Positions 19,699-27,063 of a stretch of DNA of 64,000 bases are shown piece after piece (the first letter of the stretch is position 1; each line of letters opens with the position of its first letter). Where the stretch lies: NCBI GenBank assembly GCA_965261085.1, contig OZ253442.1, forward strand, positions 2,464,001 to 2,528,000, in the 5' to 3' direction. The notes beneath the pieces are model-generated. The model saw only the letters and a program-made list of their open reading frames with translations, was not told where the DNA came from and searched no databases. A program made the translations under genes and the position numbers. The stretch is from a bacterium (lineage in GTDB: Bacteria; UBA8248).

Positions 19699-20075
19699 TC
19701 ATGATCGCCCCCTCCCTCCTTCGTCCGACGTCGAGACCCGCCGGAGCGCCGAGGCCCACGCCTCCACGTCTGCGAGCAGGTAGCGCACCCGGTCGAGCGT
19801 CCTGAGCCGCGGCGAGGACCCCGTCGCAGCCTTCCTACGAAGGAGGGGTTGCCCGCTGCCTCCTCGCCCAGCACCGAGGGCTTGGTCCCGGTCACGGCCA
19901 AAAACGCCTCGACCTCCTTTCGAAACGCCGGACCCAGCGGCGCGCATCCCATGAAAGCCAGCAGGCGGTCAGCCGTCGCCAGCCGCACCGAACGTTCCCG
20001 TATCTGCGAGGCCACGAAACCCGGGTCGCCCATCGCGTCCACCCCGAAACGCCGGGCGCTCACGCCGTAGCGCGA
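19699..20075 (-). pseudogene. deleted and frameshifted copy of the Cro-like/HTH_17 gene at 49249-50010
   Basis: RFGVDAMGDPGFVASQIRERSVRLATADRLLAFMG...NPSFVGRLRRG, then in another frame RTLDRVRYLLADVEAWASALRRVSTSDEGG, consistent with an internal deletion between RTVDR and RTLDR-like segments. Confidence 0.85.
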
Positions 20076-20440
20076 CCTGCTCCGGATCAGGCCAGGGGAT
20101 CAGTTTCGACGCATCAGGCTCGAAGCCGGCTTCACAAACCGTAGCGCAGTCTCGCCACCGCTCCGTACTTCGCGAGTTGTCCCCGGGCGTAGCACCACGG
20201 CATGGCGGCGCAATGAACAAATATTATTTGGTCAATGGCCAAATAACATTATTTTTGAATGAGTTGCAAGGATTTGGTATGATGTGGTCCATGGCAATCA
20301 TTGGTGGATACGACAGGGTTCGAGGCGGTTGAAGGACGTCTCGTTGCGGGCTGGGCTGCGGAGGATATCAGCACAATAAGCCGACACGGGTAAAGGTTCG
20401 GCACCCCACAACCGGACTCTCACTGACAGGAAGGCTCGAG

Positions 20441-20603
20441 TATTCGCGGGAGTTATAATGAATCCGCTTTCGTTTTGATTACATACAGCGGAAGGCGAAT
20501 TCTGAACGTGAGTGGGAACTACACATGTTTCCCAATGATATCAGCAGGATAATAGGATTACAGGGCCGACGAGAATGCCTCTCCGCCTCAATGCGGGTGG
20601 AAA
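20441..20603 (+). repeat. R3, ~165-bp R element
   Basis: Shares CGCTTTCGTTTTGATTACATACAGCGGAAGGCGAATT exactly with R4. Confidence 0.9.
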
Positions 20604-20718
20604 AAACTTATGCAGAGTTTTTTTCGTCTGCTATTTGTTCTTTCCATACTAGCCACTTGCCAGAGGACGTTTCTTCATTTTCTTGATGCCCGAGAGGGCC
20701 CACGAGGGAGACATTGCG

Positions 20719-21744
20719 ATGAAACAGTACTTGGCCACCGTAGTATGCGCGATTGTTGTCTTGGTAATGACCGCAAGCGCCGCGTTCGCCGCCAGCGCGA
20801 CGCTGGAGACGGTGAAAAAGCGCGGCAATCTCATTTGCGGCGTCAACACCGGCCTCACGGGCTTCTCCTCGCCCGACGACAAGGGCGTCTGGAGAGGTTT
20901 CGACGTCGATTACTGCCGCGCCGTCAGCGCCGCTGTTTTCGGCAATCCCGACAAGGTGACCTACAAGCCGCTGACCGGCAAGACGCGCTTCCCGGCGCTT
21001 CAATCGGGTGAAATCGACGTTCTCTCCCGCAACACGACGTGGACCTTCAAGCGCGACGTGAACCTGGGCTTCGAGTTCGTGGGCGTGATGTATTACGACG
21101 GGCAGGGCTTCATCACCCGCAAGTCCCTCGGCGTCAAGAGCGCCATGGAGCTCGACGGCTCTTCGGTCTGCATTCAGACGGGCACCACGACCGAACTCAA
21201 TCTGGCCGACTATTTCCGCAGCAACAACATGAAGTTCAAATCGGTCGTCGTCGAGGACGCGGCCGAGGCGCGCCAGAACTACGCCGCCAACCGCTGCGAC
21301 GCCTACACGACGGACCGCTCCGGCCTCGCGGCCCAGCGCTCCGTGCTCAAGAACCCGGACGCGCACGTGGTCCTGCCCGAAATCATCTCGAAGGAGCCCC
21401 TCGGCCCCGTCGTGCGCCACGGCGACAACGTATGGGGCGACATCGCCCGCTGGGTGCGCAACGCGCTCATCGTCGCCGAGGAACTCGGCCTCACTTCCAA
21501 GAACGTCGACGCCATGAAGAAATCGAACAACCCCGAGATCAAGCGCTTTCTCGGTCAGGAAGGCGACTTGGGCAGCATGCTCGGCCTCTCGAAGGACTGG
21601 GCCTACAACGTCATCAAGGGCGTGGGCAACTACTCCGAGATCTACGAGCGCCACATCGGCCCCAAGACGGCCATCGGCCTCGCGCGCGGCTACAACAACC
21701 TGTGGACGAACGGCGGCATTCTCTACTCGCCTCCGTTCCGCTAG
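20719..21744 (+). CDS. aapJ: general L-amino acid ABC transporter substrate-binding protein (AapJ/BztA family), orphan
   Basis: Signal peptide, GFDVDYCRAV, RFPALQSGEIDVLSRNTTWT, ISKEPLGP, VGNYSEIYER, GGILYSPPFR. Confidence 0.9.
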   Translation: MKQYLATVVCAIVVLVMTASAAFAASATLETVKKRGNLICGVNTGLTGFSSPDDKGVWRGFDVDYCRAVSAAVFGNPDKVTYKPLTGKTRFPALQSGEIDVLSRNTTWTFKRDVNLGFEFVGVMYYDGQGFITRKSLGVKSAMELDGSSVCIQTGTTTELNLADYFRSNNMKFKSVVVEDAAEARQNYAANRCDAYTTDRSGLAAQRSVLKNPDAHVVLPEIISKEPLGPVVRHGDNVWGDIARWVRNALIVAEELGLTSKNVDAMKKSNNPEIKRFLGQEGDLGSMLGLSKDWAYNVIKGVGNYSEIYERHIGPKTAIGLARGYNNLWTNGGILYSPPFR

Positions 21745-21770
21745 GCTGCTTCTGCAACCGGTAACATGAA

Positions 21771-21816
21771 CCCGCTCCGCCCTCGGGGATTTCCCCGGGG
21801 CCGGGCGGCGCGTTTG
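21771..21816 (+). terminator. possible GC-rich hairpin terminator after aapJ
   Basis: CCGCCCTCGGGGA-TT-TCCCCGGGGCCGGGCGG followed by only a short T run. Confidence 0.4.
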
Positions 21817-21849
21817 CAATGAGTGGATCGGTCGTATAATAGCGACGCG

Positions 21850-22029
21850 TATTCGCCGGGATGCGCGGGAGTTTTAATTGCTTCGCTTTCGTTTTGATTA
21901 CATACAGCGGAAGGCGAATTTAGAAAGAGACTGGGAACGATGAAAGCTTCCTAATAATATCAACTGGATAAATGGATTTCACAGCCGATGGAAATGCCCT
22001 AACGCCTCTTCGCCTCTAAGCGGGCGAAA
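21850..22029 (+). repeat. R4, ~165-bp R element; homology with R1 continues about 450 bp into the S24' gene
   Basis: 7179-~7790 aligns with 21858-~22490, for example ATGTGCG(G/A)TCCGTAAGGAGGAACACTTCC. Confidence 0.9.
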
Positions 22030-22109
22030 GGCATTCATGTGCGATCCGTAAGGAGGAACACTTCCGGCCGCTCGCACCAACATGGCGCCGACCCGATGGC
22101 GGACACGAA

Positions 22110-22586
22110 CTACGGAGCATCATCAGGGACGCCGGCGCTTCGTCCCGTCCGGACCACCCGCCGCACCACCCACAACACCTTGTCGCGAATATGGACGTCT
22201 TCTGCGCGGCAGGGGGCGTGGCCGTTGTCGGCGGGGATGAGCCGGAGCCTCAGGCGTTCCTCCTCCTCGGCGCCATCGTCGTGGGCCGCCTCGACTCGTC
22301 TGGCCACGAGCCTCTCCCCGAGCCTGAGCAGGAACGCGCCTCCCGCCTCCGGGAGGCGGCTCGCGAGGTCGACCACGACCCAGTCGCCCTCGCGTATCTC
22401 AGGCTCCATCGAGTCGTCCTCCACGTCGAGGATGCGCAGGTGTGTGGTCTCTTCGCCTTCGTCGGTGCAATACGTCACCCGGAAAGGCTCGCCGGGCTCT
22501 TCATCTCCCGTGGCGGGACCCGGCTTGATGAGGTCTCCGGCCTGGGCCTCCCCGCCCGCACCGCCGTTGATGATGCAGTCCGTCAT
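22110..22586 (-). CDS. stand-alone S24 peptidase-like domain without HTH, catalytic Lys replaced by Arg
   Basis: VEDDSMEPEIREGDWVVVD...LVARRVE. Confidence 0.8.
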   Translation of the reverse strand: MTDCIINGGAGGEAQAGDLIKPGPATGDEEPGEPFRVTYCTDEGEETTHLRILDVEDDSMEPEIREGDWVVVDLASRLPEAGGAFLLRLGERLVARRVEAAHDDGAEEEERLRLRLIPADNGHAPCRAEDVHIRDKVLWVVRRVVRTGRSAGVPDDAP

Positions 22587-22735
22587 GGGAGTCTTTCTTG
22601 CGGGTCATCCAGGCAATCGGGAACTCCGCCACGACATCCACCGTCACACGGTTCCCGGCCATCCGTTCATGGCCTTGCGGCTTCGCGGGAGGGGCCGCTT
22701 TCCTCTACCGGCGCAGGGCGTCAGGCGCCTGTTCC

Positions 22736-23164
22736 TCACGGCCGCTTGACCTCCCACTCCACCTCGCCGAGGACCTCGACGTCTTCTGCGAAGCAGGGGG
22801 CGCAGGCGGGGTTGGCGGGGATGAGCCTCAGGCGTTCGTCCTCATCCGCGTCGCCGGGCATCGCCTCGGCCCTTCTGGCCACCAGCCTCTCCCCGAGCCT
22901 GATCAGGAACTTTCCTCCCGCCTCCGGGCGCCGGCTCTCGAGGTCGACCACGACCCAATCGCCCTCGCGCAACTCAGGCTCCATCGAGTCGTCGCACACC
23001 CGCACGATGCGCAGGTGCGTGGTCTTCACGCCTTCTTCGGTGCGATGCTCCACCCAGAAAGGCTCGCCGATCTCGTTGTCGTCATCTCCCGTGTCGGGGA
23101 TCAGCTCGACGGGTTCAATGAGCATGTCGTTCCCGTTACGGCCCGCTTTGGTGTCTTCCGTCAT
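22736..23164 (-). CDS. stand-alone S24 peptidase-like domain without HTH, catalytic Lys replaced by Arg
   Basis: VCDDSMEPELREGDWVVVD...LVARRAE...LIPANP...VLGEVEW, with GGAAAGGA RBS. Confidence 0.8.
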   Translation of the reverse strand: MTEDTKAGRNGNDMLIEPVELIPDTGDDDNEIGEPFWVEHRTEEGVKTTHLRIVRVCDDSMEPELREGDWVVVDLESRRPEAGGKFLIRLGERLVARRAEAMPGDADEDERLRLIPANPACAPCFAEDVEVLGEVEWEVKRP

Positions 23165-23299
23165 GGTGATATTCCTTTCCGGTAATCCGGGGAACCCGGT
23201 CCCCGATGTTCCGCGGGCCCTCGCCCGCATCCTTTCGCTTCACGTTCACGATTCCAGGAGGCGCGCACGGGATTGCCCCGGCAACCTCCCGGTCCACCG

Positions 23300-23645
23300 C
23301 TACCAGCGCTTCGAGCCCCTCAGGACGAGTCCGCTTGCGGGCTCACCGTCCCCTTCGGGTTCGGTGAGCGTGGCCTCGAGATTCAAGTCGAGCGAGGGGC
23401 CGAGCCGGAAGCGCGCTCCCGCGCGCCAGGTCTCCCCGCCCCCGGTGAGCGCCACGCCCGTATAGGGCGTCAGCAGGCCGCGCATCGCGTCCAGTCCGTA
23501 GCCCACCTCGGCTTCTAATCGCGCGTCGGGGTCGAAGCTCCCCCCCGCCACCGCGCGCTGCGACCAGAGGCGCTCCGTCCCGCCCGAGGCCGCGCCCCAG
23601 GCGGAGCCCACCCGCATCGAGAGGCCCAGGGAGAACCGTCCGATG
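23300..23645 (-). pseudogene. 3' remnant of an autotransporter-like beta-barrel surface protein
   Basis: GLSMRVGSAWGAASGGTERLWS...RLEAEVGYG...LTPYTG...WRAGARF...LNLEA...LRGSKRW* has amphipathic strands and a terminal Trp. No credible N-terminus. Confidence 0.7.
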
Positions 23646-23981
23646 GTCCGGGAACCCGCACGGCGGGCGCGTGATGCGGGCGGGACGGGAGGCGAAGCGG
23701 CCAGCGCGCGTGCGGAGCGGAGGAGACCGCCCGCAAAGCGGCGCCGAAGTCCGGAAGGGGAGCCGTGATGCGCTCTGGAACCGTCGTTCCCTGGAGACGA
23801 AGCTTTCACGGATGCCGTCATTGTCTCACCTTTCCTTTCATGTGGTGCGCCGCCGTCCCGCTACGGCCGCAAGACCGGCATCCGGGTCGTCCATGACTCA
23901 TGCTTGTCGGTGGGGGATTAGCTGGTATTCGCCGCCAGGGGATGCGAAACGCCCCTTCGGGCCGCCGGAATGCTCGCTTCC

Positions 23982-24008
23982 GGGCGCATCTGTGGCGCAG
24001 ATGCGCCC
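23982..24008. other. perfect 11-bp inverted repeat in a non-coding region
   Basis: GGGCGCATCTG-TGGCG-CAGATGCGCCC. Confidence 0.6.
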
Positions 24009-24250
24009 AAAAAGGCGCAAAACCCCGCCCGGACGGGCAGGGCCGTGATCGTTTCGGCACCCCAAGCCGGGCCGAAGGCCCGACTCCCGATCTAATCTTG
24101 AGGCTTGATGCGCTCAGTATATGACGACCCGGCGTCTCACGCAAATTCAGGCCTGTCGCCAACTTCCCTTGATATCCCATTCGTTCCCGTTTCTTCTTAC
24201 GTTCGTTTCACGAGGCGCCGCATAAATCCCGCATGGGCCCGTACGACCAA

Positions 24251-24446
24251 GTCGAACGACACGGAGCCGGCCCGTGGTACGGAACCTGGCGCCTCCTGGC
24301 CAAAATATGATCACTTTCTAGGATAAACGATTCGGACACACCTTGTGAAACTCTAAATTCGAGGCCTGAGCAATAATTAAATTTGTGCAAATGCGGGGCC
24401 CTTGCGGGGTGGCGTTTCACGGGCCTTCCAGCCGGAAACGAAGCCC
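24251..24446 (-). promoter_or_regulatory. P2, copy of the 196-bp promoter block
   Basis: Same length as P1 with an identical core TTGTGAAACTCTAAATTCGAGGCCTGAGCAATAATTAAATTTGTGCAAATGCGGGGCCCTTGCGGGGTG. Confidence 0.7.
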
Positions 24447-24456
24447 GGCGGACGGT

Positions 24457-25347
24457 TCAGGCCTCCTTCCGTATCCATTCCCGGAATACCCGGACTCCCG
24501 GATTGCGCCTCGACTCGGCCGTCGTGATGAGGCAGCACCGAGCGGGCGCTTCGGCCTGCCGCTCGAACAGGGGGACCAGTTCGCCCCGTTCCATCTCCCG
24601 CTCGATCACCCGCGAGTGTCCCATCGCCGTCCCCATGCCACCCACCGCGGCGGCGACCACCATCGAGTAGAGCCGGTAGCCCGACGCGCGGGAGAGGTCC
24701 GGCGAGGGTTTGCCCTGGCGCGCGAACCAGTACGGCCAGTCCGTGTCCCATCCCAGGTCGTACAGCAGGGGCCACTCGTGCAGGTCCACCGGGTCGGTGG
24801 GCCTCCCGCGCGCCTCGATGAGGGCCGGGCTGCAGACCGGAAACAGATCCTCCTCATAGAGCGTCTCCTCGTACAGCCCCTCCGGACGCGGCGCGGCGGT
24901 CTCGCCGACGTATGCGATCCAGGCGTCGAAATCGCGCGCCGCAGTGTCGACGCCCCGGTGGTTCGTCTCCAGCTCGATGACGACGCCGGGGTGGGACGCC
25001 TGGAAATCCGCGAGCCTCGGCATGAGCCACTTCTCGGCGACGGACTCGACCGAAACCAGTTTCAGCCGCCGTGTCCCCGAATCGCCTCGGCGGCGTTCCG
25101 TGACGGCCCCGAGCTCGGCCAGAATGCGCTGGACGTCCTTCAGATACGCCTTGCCGCGCCCGTTCAGGCGCACCCCGCGATGGCCGCGCTCGAACAGCGC
25201 GCCGCCGAGATGCGCTTCGAGCACCTTGACGCGGTAGGCGACGGCCGAGGGTGTGACGCTGAGTTCCGCCGCCGCCTTGGCGAAGCTCTCGCGGCGGGCC
25301 GCGACTTCAAAAAAGCGCAGGCAATCGAGCGGCGGAATGGGTGGCAT
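24457..25347 (-). CDS. LysR-family regulator (GcvA/DsdC-like)
   Basis: PPLDCLRFFEVAARRESFAKAAAELSVTPSAV HTH, WLMPRLADF, PVCSPAL. Confidence 0.93.
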   Translation of the reverse strand: MPPIPPLDCLRFFEVAARRESFAKAAAELSVTPSAVAYRVKVLEAHLGGALFERGHRGVRLNGRGKAYLKDVQRILAELGAVTERRRGDSGTRRLKLVSVESVAEKWLMPRLADFQASHPGVVIELETNHRGVDTAARDFDAWIAYVGETAAPRPEGLYEETLYEEDLFPVCSPALIEARGRPTDPVDLHEWPLLYDLGWDTDWPYWFARQGKPSPDLSRASGYRLYSMVVAAAVGGMGTAMGHSRVIEREMERGELVPLFERQAEAPARCCLITTAESRRNPGVRVFREWIRKEA

Positions 25348-25394
25348 GGTCGCGTAACTCCCAAGGGGAATGGTCGTCAGTTTGATCGGCTATC

Positions 25395-25476
25395 AGGATA
25401 AGGGTATTTCACGGGAGTTGTGAAACGCGATATTTTATGGCTACGGGATATTATAATTTGGGCAAATTCGGGGCCC
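25395..25476 (-). promoter_or_regulatory. P3, diverged copy of the P promoter core upstream of lysR
   Basis: AGGATA, TTGTGAAAC and AATTTGGGCAAATTCGGGGCCC lie at the same 23-bp and 37-bp offsets as in P1. Confidence 0.6.
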
Positions 25477-25541
25477 TCACAGCGGGCGATTCCCCGCGCG
25501 TATTCCTGGAACGACCGGACGTGCCCAACGGACGCTTCCCC

Positions 25542-26618
25542 TCAGCGCCCCGGCGCTTCGGGCGCCTCGGAGAGCCAGGACCCGAGCTTCCCGGCATAGG
25601 CGAAGAGCGCCGGCTGGCCGCCGGTGTGGATGAAGAGCACCCGGCTACCCGCGGCGATGCGCCCCGCGCGCACATGGGCGATCAAGCCCGCCATCGTTTT
25701 GGCTGTGTAGACCGGGTCGAGGAGCAGCGCCTCGTGGCGCGCCGCCAGCGCCATCGCCTCGCGCGCCGCCTCGCCCAGCCGGCCGTAACCCGGCGCGAGT
25801 GCCCCGTCGCACACCTCGACGTCGCCCGCATCGAACGCCGCAGGACGGCCGATCATCGCCGCGAGTTCCGCCGCCAGCTTCGCCACGCGGGCGCCCTGGC
25901 TCGCGGCGTCGCGCCGCACGCATATGCCGAGAACCGGCGCCGTCCCGCCCAGCGCCCGCAGGCCGACCAGCAAGCCGGCGTGGGTGAGCGCGCTGCCCGA
26001 GGCGCAGACCACCGCGTCGAACCCGATGCCGAGGGCGCGGGCCTGTTCGGTAACCTCGCCTGCGGCCACCACGTAGCCGAGCCCGCCTAGAGGCGGGTGA
26101 CCGGGAGCGGAATGGATGACGTAGGGCCTGCGGCCCTCCTCGGCGAGCATCTCCCCAAGCCGCTTAAGCGCTCCATCCGCCGCCGCCTCGTCCTCGCCCA
26201 CCGGAAACGGGTGCAATGTCGCGCCGAGCACCCGGTCGAGCAGCAGGTTGCCCGAGGCGCGGTAGAGTTCGCCGCCCTCGGCCACGCGTTCTTCGAGCTG
26301 GACGTGAGCCTCCATCCCGAGAAGGCGCGCGCCGGCGGCGGTGAGGCGGACCAGGTTCGACTGCACCGCGCCGGTGACCAGCACGGTGTCCGCGCCGCGC
26401 GCCTGCGCCTCGCCGAGATAAAACTCGAGCTGGCGCACCTTGTTGCCGCCAAGAGCGAGGCCGGTGCAGTCGTCGCGCTTGACCCGGAGCTCCACCCCGA
26501 GCGCCGCGCCGAGATTCGGGGCGGCGTCGAGCGGCGTCGGCGCGTGGCCGAGCCGGACCCGCGGGAAGCGGGCGACCCCGGCAAGGGGGCCGGTCATGTC
26601 GGAGGGTTTCGGTGGCAT
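25542..26618 (-). CDS. dcyD: D-cysteine desulfhydrase family PLP enzyme
   Basis: KRDDCTG...GGNKVRQLEF (PLP Lys), QSN, DPVYTAK, FIHTGG. Confidence 0.85.
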   Translation of the reverse strand: MPPKPSDMTGPLAGVARFPRVRLGHAPTPLDAAPNLGAALGVELRVKRDDCTGLALGGNKVRQLEFYLGEAQARGADTVLVTGAVQSNLVRLTAAGARLLGMEAHVQLEERVAEGGELYRASGNLLLDRVLGATLHPFPVGEDEAAADGALKRLGEMLAEEGRRPYVIHSAPGHPPLGGLGYVVAAGEVTEQARALGIGFDAVVCASGSALTHAGLLVGLRALGGTAPVLGICVRRDAASQGARVAKLAAELAAMIGRPAAFDAGDVEVCDGALAPGYGRLGEAAREAMALAARHEALLLDPVYTAKTMAGLIAHVRAGRIAAGSRVLFIHTGGQPALFAYAGKLGSWLSEAPEAPGR

Positions 26619-27063
26619 GCATATTCCCTTTCCGGGGTGTGTCCCGCGCCGGAGGACTTTCGGTATGCGGGACCATATCGCAACCGGCCGGTTCGGCTCC
26701 AGGGTGAATTCAAGCAGATGCCGGGTGCGCGCGCAAGGGTCGCTCCCGCCGCGGCCGGCTGCTGATCGCCGCTCCGACGTAGGGGGCGCTCTTTCGGGCC
26801 GTCAACCGATCGGGCCGGATGCGGTGCGGGCGCCTGACGAGCGCAGGCGCCTCTCTGGTCGAAATGCAGGTCGCCGGGCGACGGCGTTCGCCGGCCATGC
26901 CGGAACCCTACACGCAGGGGCAACTCGCGGAACAGGGCGCCGCGGCGAGACTCCGCTACGGCTCGTGAGCGCGAGCGTAATGACCTTGCCGGGTCGATGG
27001 CCGGCATCATTTTTCTTTTATCATTCCTGATAATTTTGGTCCGGGGAGATTGGAAGCGGGTTT

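Larger units (their letters stand above)
7179..20603. mobile_element. putative non-autonomous derivative of the conjugative element (R-S24'-T1SS-adhesin-promoter-R-cro remnant-R)
   Basis: Shares the R+S24' left end, the 196-bp promoter block and a cro-like remnant with 21850-52959 but has no tra genes. Boundaries approximate. Confidence 0.5.

Noticed and set aside
25542-26618. ACC deaminase (acdS)
   Set aside because: It has DPVYTAK and HTGG rather than the AcdS-diagnostic DPVYEGK and HLGG.
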